A stretch of 64,000 bases of DNA from Candidatus Moraniibacteriota bacterium (GTDB lineage Bacteria; Patescibacteriota; Minisyncoccia; Moranbacterales; UBA1568): assembly GCA_052035095.1 (NCBI GenBank), contig JBPOHW010000001.1, positions 44,857 to 108,856 on the forward strand. Direction: 5' to 3'. The position numbers were made by a program, and so were the translations under genes. Positions 56,157 through 64,000 of the stretch are shown here, in pieces. The notes below the pieces were generated by a model. That model made no database searches and was not told the DNA's origin. It saw only the letters and a program-made list of their open reading frames with translations. The first letter of the stretch is position 1. Every line of letters begins with the position of its first letter.

Positions 56157-56700
56157 TTTCACCTCCTATTGTCTCCGTCAACTTCTCAAGAAGATCTTCG
56201 CGCGCAAGACAAATGGGGACGGGAAATAAAATAATCTTTTCCTCCTCCTCTTTTTTTGTATAAAAATGTCCGAGTTTTTCAAAACTTCGAAGCGTATCTC
56301 CTTTTTGCGCCGGGACAATATGCCAGTGGAGATGCTCAACACTCTGCTCAGAACCCGCTCCAAACTGGAGGAATATCTCAAAACCACACCCCGGGTAAAC
56401 TTTTTCGAGTTGCTTCATGGCAAACAGTCCGAGAGTGTGTCGGGAGACAAGTTCGTCACGCGTTTCTTCTTCCGGATGTTTGAGGTGTCGCTTGGGAACC
56501 AGCATCGTGTGCCCTTCAAATTTCGGAAAAAAATTCACTATCCAAAAATAATGCTCGTTTTCCATCAATGTTCCCGAGACATTTCGAACGCCTTGTTTCT
56601 TAATGTTCTCTTCGGAACAAAAAGGGCATTCTTTTTTCCCTTCTATCTTTTTCTTATCTCCGCTGTACGAATTCCGAAATGGACTAAAATAATATGCCAT
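56101..56700 (-). CDS. HIT-family hydrolase
   Basis: Histidine triad HLHWHIVP. The C-terminal tail is encoded by the family-2 hairpin repeat. Confidence 0.65.
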   Translation of the reverse strand: MAYYFSPFRNSYSGDKKKIEGKKECPFCSEENIKKQGVRNVSGTLMENEHYFWIVNFFPKFEGHTMLVPKRHLKHPEEETRDELVSRHTLGLFAMKQLEKVYPGCGFEIFLQFGAGSEQSVEHLHWHIVPAQKGDTLRSFEKLGHFYTKKEEEEKIILFPVPICLAREDLLEKLTETIGGETFPSSESSSRDSDERKRL

Positions 56701-56786
56701 AAAAGAAATGAAAGAAATTATCCCCCGTCAAAATTTCCGAAGAGGCTTTGACAGAGCCGTCTGTTCCGGTTTCGGTTGGAATGAGT

Positions 56787-56978
56787 TCATACTTCAAAAA
56801 CTTCTTTTTTTACTTTTTCGATTTCTTCCTTCTTCTCAAGCAAAACGCTTTTGTGAAGTTTATAAAGAAGCGGGATCACACCGCACACTTCGCATTCGCC
56901 CCAATTACACTTCCCGCCGTTTTCTCGCGAGAGTCTTCGGCACATGTTTATTTCACGATCAAAGATTTCTTGGTTCAT
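56787..56978 (-). CDS. small Cys-rich protein (hypothetical)
   Basis: 63 aa with C...C-x5-C-x2-C. Start overlaps the HAD gene stop. Confidence 0.35.
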   Translation of the reverse strand: MNQEIFDREINMCRRLSRENGGKCNWGECEVCGVIPLLYKLHKSVLLEKKEEIEKVKKEVFEV

Positions 56979-56980
56979 AT

Positions 56981-57640
56981 TTACCTTATCAGAGAATACA
57001 TTTCCTTAAAGGAGGAAACGACAAAATCCGCACCTTTTTCAAGAAGAGCTTTCTTCGGAAAAGACGTAGTGATGCCGATCACCTGACAACCCGCAGCTTT
57101 GGCAGAGAGTATACCATTACCAGAGTCTTCTACCACAAATGTAGTTTCGGGATTAACACCAAGCTTACTCAACGTGAGAAGATACGGCTCGGGATGCGGC
57201 TTCCCGTTAACTACCTCGTCACCCGTCGTTATTTCATCAAAATAGTGATACAAATTGAACTTGTCAAAGACAAACTGTTGAATCATTCGACTACTCGAAG
57301 TAGTGAGCGCTATCCTGGAAATCTTCTTCCTTGTATGCGCGACAAACGCTTCCGAACCAGGAACAAGCAGGAGTCTCTCGCGAGAAATTTCCATATATCG
57401 CTTTCGCTTCTGATCAACGAGATCGGAGACAGACAACGATCCGTCTGTGAACGTATGCACAATATGAGCAAACGTATCACGATTCGGTTTCCCTTTAAAT
57501 CCAGCCCATTCCGTTTCCGGAACGGAAATTCCATGCATAGCGCACACCCAACGATCTGCTTCCAGTCCAAGTGGTTCAGAATCGGTAATCACCCCATCCA
57601 TATCGAAAATGATCGCTTCGATATTTCTGATTTTTTTCAT
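56981..57640 (-). CDS. HAD-superfamily hydrolase (beta-phosphoglucomutase-like)
   Basis: Motif I IFDMDGVITDSE, motif III GKPHPEPY, motif IV VEDSGNG. Confidence 0.8.
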   Translation of the reverse strand: MKKIRNIEAIIFDMDGVITDSEPLGLEADRWVCAMHGISVPETEWAGFKGKPNRDTFAHIVHTFTDGSLSVSDLVDQKRKRYMEISRERLLLVPGSEAFVAHTRKKISRIALTTSSSRMIQQFVFDKFNLYHYFDEITTGDEVVNGKPHPEPYLLTLSKLGVNPETTFVVEDSGNGILSAKAAGCQVIGITTSFPKKALLEKGADFVVSSFKEMYSLIR

Positions 57641-57653
57641 AAAGCTCTATTTT

Positions 57654-57698
57654 CTCCTCGTCAGAGTCTCTCGCAGAGGACTCTGACGAGGAAAGGAG
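57654..57698. repeat. family-2 hairpin element, copy 2
   Basis: ctcctcgtcagagtctctcgcagaggactctgacgaggaaaggag. Confidence 0.6.
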
Positions 57699-57705
57699 AA
57701 GCGTA

Positions 57706-58023
57706 TCATACCTCCAAAATGATACGTTTTTTAAATGCGCCGCGTTCCTCTACTTTTTTTTCTTTGATTTTTTCTATCTCTGTTCCACTGAATCCCTTAT
57801 ATTCAACAATTGCCTCAAGCACTTCCAAAATATCAGCAAGTTCTTCTCTGTTTTCATCTTTCTTGAATTCTTCAACCTCTTCCAATAACTTTTCTTTTAG
57901 CTTTTGCCAGTATTCCGCATCGTCTGCCGTATGTACCATTGGAGCCCTACCCTCCCCTTCAATTATTTCAGGAATTTTATCTCGTACTAGCTTACTCTTT
58001 TTCATTTTCATCTTGTTTTCCAT
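57706..58023 (-). CDS. MazG-like nucleotide pyrophosphohydrolase family small protein
   Basis: KLVRDKIPEII ... EELADILEVLEAI ... ERGAF pattern. Confidence 0.55.
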   Translation of the reverse strand: MENKMKMKKSKLVRDKIPEIIEGEGRAPMVHTADDAEYWQKLKEKLLEEVEEFKKDENREELADILEVLEAIVEYKGFSGTEIEKIKEKKVEERGAFKKRIILEV

Positions 58024-58032
58024 ATTATTTTT

Positions 58033-60654
58033 CTATTTTCCACAACACTTCTTATACTTCTTCCCACTGCCACACGGGCAGGGGTCGTTGCGGCCCACTT
58101 TGGGGCCGGCGGACAGGGGTTTTTGTACGACGGATTTTTCTTTTTGGGAAGAGGCGAATGACGGGGACTCTTCGGCGCCGCGATACTCGGCATTCTGCGG
58201 AAGCGTCTCGGTCGGCGCGTTGGGGACGGCCACCATTTTGAAAATCGTCGTGAGATACGTCGTGCGGATACTCTCCAGAAGCACGACGAACATATTGAAC
58301 GCCTCGCGCTTGTACTCGACAAGCGGATCGCGCTGGCCATAGCCCCGCAGCCCTATTCCCTGCCGGAGATAGTCGATCTCGTCGAGATGGTTCATCCACA
58401 AACCGTCGAGCGTCCGCAAGAAAAGTGTCTTCTGCACGTATCCCCACGCGTCTTTTCCGAGCTCCGTTTCCTTTTTCCCATACGCCACCTTCGCCTCTCC
58501 GAGCAATTCATCGAGTGAGGTGGAAATTTTCTCGGGTTGTTCTTTCGAAGCGTCGCGAAGAATCATCTCAAGCCGATCGCGCGTTTTCTTTTCATCGATC
58601 GGAAAGATGTTTTTGGCGTCATTGAGAATCGCCTCCATATCCCACTCGCCTCTTTCGGAAACGGCGTGCGCCGAAAGGGTTTTCTCCAACTCTTCGCCAA
58701 GGAGTCGCAGAGTTTCGTTCTTCATATCGGTCGTCCCGAGAATGGCGCGACGACGGCGGTAGACCACCTCGCGTTGTTTGTTCATCACATCGTCGTATTC
58801 CAAGACATGCTTCCGGATATCAAAATTGAAGCCCTCGATTTTTGTCTGCGCGCTCTCAATCGTCCGTGAAATAAGACCGTTCTGAATCGGTTCGTCTTCC
58901 GGGAGTCGGAGCGTCGTCATCATATTTTTCAGCTTGTCACCGCCAAATCGCCGCATCAGTTCATCTTCGAGCGACACGTAGAACTGCGACATGCCGGGAT
59001 CGCCCTGGCGCCCCGCGCGCCCGCGGAGCTGATTGTCGATGCGCCGCGCCTCGTGGCGTTCGGTGCCGATAATAGAGAGTCCGCCCACCTCGCGCACACC
59101 GGGACCAAGCTTGATGTCTGTGCCGCGCCCTGCCATATTGGTCGCGATCGTGACCGATCCGAGTTGCCCCGCGCGCGCTACGATTGCCGCTTCGCGCTCG
59201 TGATTCTTCGCGTTCAAGACTTCGTGAGGCACGCCCTCGCGCGTCAAAAGCGCGCTCAAATATTCCGATTTCTCAATCGCGATCGTCCCGACCAAAGCGG
59301 GCTGTCCTTTCTCGCGAAGACTCTTGAGTTTTTGTGCGATCGCGCGAAATTTTTCTTCTTCGGTTTTGTAAATGATGTCCGGGAAATCCTTTCGGATCAT
59401 TTTTTTGTTGGTTGGAATTTCAATCGAATCGATTTCATACACCTTGCGAAATTCCTCGGCGGAAGTCATCGCCGTTCCCGTCATACCGGCGAGTTTTTTG
59501 TAGAGACGGAAGTAATTTTGAAACGTGATCGTCGCGAGCGTGCGCGATTCTTTCTGGACGGCGACACTCTCTTTCGCCTCGATCGCTTGATGGAGTCCGT
59601 CACTGTAGCGGCGCCCGATCATGAGACGCCCCGTGAAATCATCAACGATAATGACTTCGCCGTCTTTCACGACATAGTCTCGATCGCGTTTGAAGATCAC
59701 TTCCGCTTTGAGCGACTGCTCCAAGTGATGCACGTACTGCACGCGTCCGGATTCGTAGATATTGCCAATGCCGAGCGACTGTTCCACTTTGGCAATGCCC
59801 GCTTCGGTGATGGACACCGACTTCATTTTTTCGTCCACCGTGTAGTCTTCTCCCACCTTGAGACGAGGGACGATGTGCGCGAATTGTTGATACAGCTTGG
59901 TCGATTCGATGTCCGGCGCCGAAATAATAAGCGGCGTCCGCGCTTCGTCGATCAGTATCGAGTCCACCTCATCCACGATCGCGTAGAACAAGTCGCGCTG
60001 AACCATCTGCTCGGCCGTTTGCACCATATTGTCGCGGAGGTAGTCGAAGCCGAATTCGTTGTTGGTCCCATACGTAATGTCCGCCGTGTACGCTTCACGG
60101 CGAGAAATCGGAATGAGATTCTCGGGCTCGACACTTACTTCGTTCCGATCGATCACGGACGGCGTGTACCGATAGGAAATCCCTTGTTGCAAAATGCACG
60201 CCGTCGTGAGACCGAGCGCGTGATACACCGATCCCATCCAATTGGCATCGCGTTTCGCGAGGTAATCATTCACCGTCACGACGTGGACACCCTTCCCCGC
60301 AAGCGCGTTCAAATAGATCGCCAAGGTCGAGGTAAGCGTCTTCCCTTCCCCCGTTTTCATTTCGGCGATTTTCCCTTGGTGAAGTACGATCCCGCCCATC
60401 ACCTGCACATCGTAGTGTCGCTCGCCGATAACACGCTTCGCCGCTTCCCGCACCACGGCAAACGCTTCCGGCAACAGTTTATCGAGCGAAGCGCCCTTCG
60501 CAATCCGCGCGCGAAACTCGTCCGTTTTCCCTCGAAGCGCCTCATCCGAAAGCGCCTGAATCTTGGACTCAAAGGCATTCACGTTCTCGACGATCGGCTT
60601 CAGTTTCGCGATCACCCGCTCATTCGACCCGAAAATTTTGGCAAAGAGTCCCAT
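58033..60654 (-). CDS. secA: preprotein translocase ATPase SecA
   Basis: MGLFAKIFG start, DEAD-like motor motifs, and the C-terminal zinc finger CPCGSGKKYKKCCG. The ORF extends to 60669. Confidence 0.9.
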   Translation of the reverse strand: MGLFAKIFGSNERVIAKLKPIVENVNAFESKIQALSDEALRGKTDEFRARIAKGASLDKLLPEAFAVVREAAKRVIGERHYDVQVMGGIVLHQGKIAEMKTGEGKTLTSTLAIYLNALAGKGVHVVTVNDYLAKRDANWMGSVYHALGLTTACILQQGISYRYTPSVIDRNEVSVEPENLIPISRREAYTADITYGTNNEFGFDYLRDNMVQTAEQMVQRDLFYAIVDEVDSILIDEARTPLIISAPDIESTKLYQQFAHIVPRLKVGEDYTVDEKMKSVSITEAGIAKVEQSLGIGNIYESGRVQYVHHLEQSLKAEVIFKRDRDYVVKDGEVIIVDDFTGRLMIGRRYSDGLHQAIEAKESVAVQKESRTLATITFQNYFRLYKKLAGMTGTAMTSAEEFRKVYEIDSIEIPTNKKMIRKDFPDIIYKTEEEKFRAIAQKLKSLREKGQPALVGTIAIEKSEYLSALLTREGVPHEVLNAKNHEREAAIVARAGQLGSVTIATNMAGRGTDIKLGPGVREVGGLSIIGTERHEARRIDNQLRGRAGRQGDPGMSQFYVSLEDELMRRFGGDKLKNMMTTLRLPEDEPIQNGLISRTIESAQTKIEGFNFDIRKHVLEYDDVMNKQREVVYRRRRAILGTTDMKNETLRLLGEELEKTLSAHAVSERGEWDMEAILNDAKNIFPIDEKKTRDRLEMILRDASKEQPEKISTSLDELLGEAKVAYGKKETELGKDAWGYVQKTLFLRTLDGLWMNHLDEIDYLRQGIGLRGYGQRDPLVEYKREAFNMFVVLLESIRTTYLTTIFKMVAVPNAPTETLPQNAEYRGAEESPSFASSQKEKSVVQKPLSAGPKVGRNDPCPCGSGKKYKKCCGK

Positions 60655-60716
60655 AAAAATAGTGTGCACAAAAACAAGAAAAGCCCCTGTATTCTAGGGG
60701 GAATCGCCGTCGAAGT

Positions 60717-60784
60717 CAAAAAACATACCATATAGCAGACGACCGTTACAGGATGGTATGTTTTTTTGATAAGGGAAAATCTCA
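60717..60784. repeat. family-3 element, copy 1 (hairpin acatacca...tggtatgt with flanking A and T runs)
   Basis: aaaaaacataccatatagcagacgaccgttacaggatggtatgtttttttgataagggaaaatctc. Confidence 0.7.
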
Positions 60785-60788
60785 TCTC

Positions 60789-60882
60789 ACCCCCGTCAGA
60801 GTATCTCGAAGAGGACTCTGGCGATTGAAGGCGAACATCCTCCAATTTCCATCAGACTCCCTACGGAGACTCCGACGAGAAA
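60789..60882. repeat. family-2 hairpin element, copy 3 (degenerate, duplicated)
   Basis: cccccgtcagagtatctcgaagaggactctggcgattgaagg ... catcagactccctacggagactccgacgag. Confidence 0.5.
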
Positions 60883-61233
60883 GAATTTCTCCCAGAGAAA
60901 AAACTGGAAACAACCGCATCAAAGGTCACCAGAAAAAATTATCATATTCCCACTTTCTGAAGCTATTTTTTTGAACGACCCATCGCCTAAAAGGCGAAGG
61001 AATCCAGTCAGGACTGAAGTCCGTGAGTCTTCCAAGTAACAATAAAATATATAGCGCTTCCTTTTGTGCAATTTTCAGATTTTTTCATACAGATATTTTC
61101 ATGTTTATTTCTCCAAGTTTGTCTTCAGGGTACGGGATCCTTGCTGAAGCCTTCGCCTGAAGGCGAGGGGATTAGATCCCCGAGAGAGACTCTAAACTTG
61201 TGCAAATTTGCACGCGCAAAGTCACGGCATGAT

Positions 61234-63018
61234 TCAATTTTTGAGGTTAACTGTAAAAACTTTATCTGGTATTGGTTCAATAACGTCTGAACTATTACCC
61301 ATATCCTGTCTGAGAGTAAAGATTATATATTTTTTATCCCTGACATACTCGCAATCAAAATTATTATATTGATCAGATCCTCTTTGGTCAGAAACATCAA
61401 AAACTTTTTTGCCGTCCGGTAAAGAAAAGACGACCCCCGTTCCATCACCCATGCCCGGAGACATGCAGCCATACACATGCGTATCTCCTTCGGTAAAGCC
61501 AAAATTTTCCATACCACCCATATTTGCCACTTGTCTCTTTTTTATTACATCATAGATGAATACCCCCGACCACTCCCAGCCACCGGCAACATATTTCAGA
61601 TACCTCCCACCTGGAGAGAACTCGGGGTTATGGAATATTTTTACTTGACCTATGTCTTGTTTCTCGAAATCGTTCCCTGCTTTATCAATAATAATCTCAC
61701 TTCCATTTTCAGTGAGAACCATATAATTCTGATCGCCAATACTTTTCACAAAAGCCGTGTATGGTCCAGAAGATACAATTTCACTGGTTATCTCTTCTGA
61801 TGAGAGGGTTTTTAGTTGACCATTAGCTACTTGCATTTTCACATGATAAATAGTGGCCACATTGTTATGTTCTTGATAATCGACATAAAATTCGTAACTA
61901 TTACCGCCTATTTTTTTAAAATCGCGCGGATTCGCTTTCAACGCGTCTTCGTACCATTCCCGGTATTTGGTAAAATCAGCCGGCTTTTGGGAATGCATGG
62001 CATAAGCCTGATCGAGTTGACCGCTCGCAATCAGCCAATAATATTTGCGAATAGTCGTAACACTGGAATCTTCCCCGGAAATCTGACTAAAAATCGGCTG
62101 TGTTAATGTTGCCGGTTTGAATACTTTAATTCCGCTCACAAAATTCTGAAATTCAACACGTTTCTGATTCAATTGCTCTCGTGTTTTGGATTGAATTATA
62201 TCTTTAGTTATTTTCGTCTTGCTTTCTGTAAAAAATTCATCGATATTTGAAAAATTTTCACGAACTAGACCCACGCGATCAAACTCCGCCGAAACAATAA
62301 CGTTATCAAAATACCCATTGATAAGCTTTTTGAAAGAAAGGAATCTAAGATCATACGTGTAAAGCCTGCCGATATTATCCCACTCAAAAAATTGATTTTC
62401 TTTTGTAAGAAGAGTTTTTACTCCGTTACTACAACTAGAATGAATAGTATTCAATAAATCAGGCGTCATCTCTGGATTATAGCGATAGCTATAATTGACA
62501 TTGTAATCGCATATGTTGCCAGTATTTCTCAAGTTCACAACATCGCTCGTCATACCCGATTCATAGTATACGCTTGGTTCATCAATGCCACGCCCGCTTT
62601 TCCCAGAATTCTGGTCATTAAAAATTCGTATGTTGATGTCTTCGTTGTTTTCGAATTTTAGGTCAACAGAATTGTTGTAATATACATTCAGTTTTTCAGC
62701 GTCTTCCTTAAGAGTGGAAAGGCGCGTTATATTTGTCATATATTCCGTAGAGGCTTTACCCCACGAAGAGGGGTAACAAAATTCGATACCAAACGCGTCT
62801 TGTCGATATTCCTTCCAATCTTTTTGACAATTGAGTTGGGAAGCAGATGTCTCAATGTTATCCATTGTTTCATTTATCGAGTTACGGCTTGACTGATTTC
62901 CCGGTAAACTGTTTCCTGATTCTTTATTCTGATCCCAAATCAACGTAAAAAAATAAACAAACACTCCGCCAAGAAGTATGGCGACCATCGCTATCAAAAA
63001 AATTCTTGTTTTTTGCAT
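61234..63018 (-). CDS. membrane-anchored large extracytoplasmic protein, AT-rich (hypothetical surface protein)
   Basis: N-terminal TM MQKTRIFLIAMVAILLGGVFVYFFTLIW, then about 560 aa rich in Asn, Tyr and Ser. Codon composition is much more AT-rich than the flanking genes. Confidence 0.55.
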   Translation of the reverse strand: MQKTRIFLIAMVAILLGGVFVYFFTLIWDQNKESGNSLPGNQSSRNSINETMDNIETSASQLNCQKDWKEYRQDAFGIEFCYPSSWGKASTEYMTNITRLSTLKEDAEKLNVYYNNSVDLKFENNEDINIRIFNDQNSGKSGRGIDEPSVYYESGMTSDVVNLRNTGNICDYNVNYSYRYNPEMTPDLLNTIHSSCSNGVKTLLTKENQFFEWDNIGRLYTYDLRFLSFKKLINGYFDNVIVSAEFDRVGLVRENFSNIDEFFTESKTKITKDIIQSKTREQLNQKRVEFQNFVSGIKVFKPATLTQPIFSQISGEDSSVTTIRKYYWLIASGQLDQAYAMHSQKPADFTKYREWYEDALKANPRDFKKIGGNSYEFYVDYQEHNNVATIYHVKMQVANGQLKTLSSEEITSEIVSSGPYTAFVKSIGDQNYMVLTENGSEIIIDKAGNDFEKQDIGQVKIFHNPEFSPGGRYLKYVAGGWEWSGVFIYDVIKKRQVANMGGMENFGFTEGDTHVYGCMSPGMGDGTGVVFSLPDGKKVFDVSDQRGSDQYNNFDCEYVRDKKYIIFTLRQDMGNSSDVIEPIPDKVFTVNLKN

Positions 63019-63110
63019 AGGTTTATTTTTCTTTTGCTATAAATTTTTCATTTTTATTTTCCCCTGCCTATGCGAACATTATACCAAACACGAAAAGAAA
63101 AGAAAGACAA

Positions 63111-63180
63111 GTAAAACATACCATATAGCAGACGACCGTTACAGGATGGTATGTTTTTTTTTGGGAAGAGAAAATCTCGT
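63111..63180. repeat. family-3 element, copy 2
   Basis: gtaaaacataccatatagcagacgaccgttacaggatggtatgtttttttttgggaagagaaaatctcg. Confidence 0.7.
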
Positions 63181-63234
63181 TAAAAGCATCCTCGCTCGAT
63201 TGCTCCTTCGGAGAAAATCTGTTAGAGTGCTCGC

Positions 63235-64000
63235 ATGAACAGGCTTTCATGGGGGACTTTTTCGGGGTGGCTCAGATCGAAAGACGCGTTTCACGCGGGC
63301 GTCGTTCTCGTGGTCATGCTCCTCAATATGGGCTTTGGGCTTCCGCGGATCGAACCGTATTCGGCTGTAGATGAGCCGTATTGGACGTTTGAACGGACGC
63401 CGGATTTTTGGCGAGCGGTAAGAGGACAAAAGTGGAAGAATACCGACATCAATGACAAGCCGGGCGTCACGGTGGCGGCGCTCTCCGGGTTCGGACTCCT
63501 CACGATCGACCCCATGCCCTACAAGCCCCTCCGCGAAGAACCGAAAACTCCCGAGCAACTCGAAGCGATAAACACGATCAATATCGCCTTCCGCCTTCCG
63601 ATCTTTCTCTCTGCCCTCCTTTCACTCCCCCTCTTCTACTTCCTCATACGGAAAGCGATCAATCGTTCCGTCGCGCTCATCGCCACTCTTTGTATCGGGC
63701 TCTCTCCCATTCTCCTCGGCATTTCCCTCATCATCAATCCCGACTCACTCCTCTGGATATTCCTCCCGCTCGCCATTCTCGCGCGCCTTGCCTATGGCAA
63801 GACGGCGCGCTCACACTACCTGGCGCTTGCCGGTGTTTTGACCGGACTCTCCCTCCTCACCAAATACGTCGCCAATATCCTCTTCGTATTCTTCTTCATC
63901 CTTCCTTTCCTTGAATACATTTTCACCGCGGAAAAGAAGCACGACATTCCCTCTTTTCTCAAACGCGCCCTGCGCGACCTCGCCATCCTCATTGCCCTCT
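63235..64000 (+). CDS. polytopic membrane protein, putative GT-C glycosyltransferase (PMT/ArnT-like); 3' end truncated by the window
   Basis: Open frame from ATG 63235 to the window end. MNRLSWGTFSGWLRSKDAFHAGVVLVVMLLNMGFGLPRIEPYSAVDEPYWTFERT... carries a DE-x-Y loop motif after TM1, then several TM segments. Confidence 0.5.
   Translation, partial: MNRLSWGTFSGWLRSKDAFHAGVVLVVMLLNMGFGLPRIEPYSAVDEPYWTFERTPDFWRAVRGQKWKNTDINDKPGVTVAALSGFGLLTIDPMPYKPLREEPKTPEQLEAINTINIAFRLPIFLSALLSLPLFYFLIRKAINRSVALIATLCIGLSPILLGISLIINPDSLLWIFLPLAILARLAYGKTARSHYLALAGVLTGLSLLTKYVANILFVFFFILPFLEYIFTAEKKHDIPSFLKRALRDLAILIAL

Noticed and set aside
59053-60735. 560-aa plus-strand ORF
   Set aside because: Antisense to secA.
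1-64000. CRISPR array
   Set aside because: No regular repeat-spacer periodicity. All repeats seen are palindromic single elements or short in-gene tandem repeats.

Overview
This is a 64-kb chromosomal window with about 50% GC. Its hallmarks fit a small-genome Candidate Phyla Radiation / Parcubacteria-like bacterium; this is inference from gene content and protein features only. The hallmarks are compact core genes (tmk, miaA, dnaE, rpmF, nusB, rnc, a short editing-domain-less proS, archaeal-type pyrH, ftsE/ftsX, prfB with its +1 frameshift, secA, groES, htrA), many glycosylation genes (four GT4, one GT2, three GT-C membrane glycosyltransferases, an NDP-sugar dehydrogenase, a flippase), and frequent low-complexity in-frame insertions in essential proteins. 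Antisense ORFs in the six-frame track that lie inside strong genes were treated as spurious.

About 60 protein genes and two tRNAs are called. The most notable structures are:

1. A candidate integrated mobile element carrying an HUH rolling-circle Rep and a large serine recombinase. The recombinase's last codons are encoded by the 3' end of tRNA-Gln. Next to it a GIY-YIG nuclease gene sits between the complete tRNA and a 55-nt duplicate of its 5' part. Low-GC cargo and an ABC-2 exporter lie upstream.

2. A family of about 135-bp palindromic elements with perfect terminal inverted repeats. Copies sit inside operons between co-oriented genes (tmk/yjbQ, gldA/gldFG, ftsE/ftsX, ftsE/prfB). Fragments of this and other short-repeat families are fused in-frame into tmk, miaA, dnaE and proS, and into the tails of a GT-C and a HIT protein.

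3. A three-gene module: a sigma-region-4/HARE-HTH protein, a membrane-anchored protein, and a soluble VirD4/TraG-like P-loop ATPase with a zinc-ribbon tail.

4. A catalytically dead HtrA paralog beside the active HtrA, with a candidate structured RNA between them.

5. An orphan CIRCE-regulated groES followed by an unassigned 650-nt transcription unit.

6. An AT-rich islet encoding a 594-aa surface protein bracketed by 50-bp direct repeats.

7. A duplicated roughly 95-bp upstream element carrying an SD-ATG-TGA start-stop.

No CRISPR array and no rRNA were found. Everything was called by eye from the sequence and ORF track; no searches were run.
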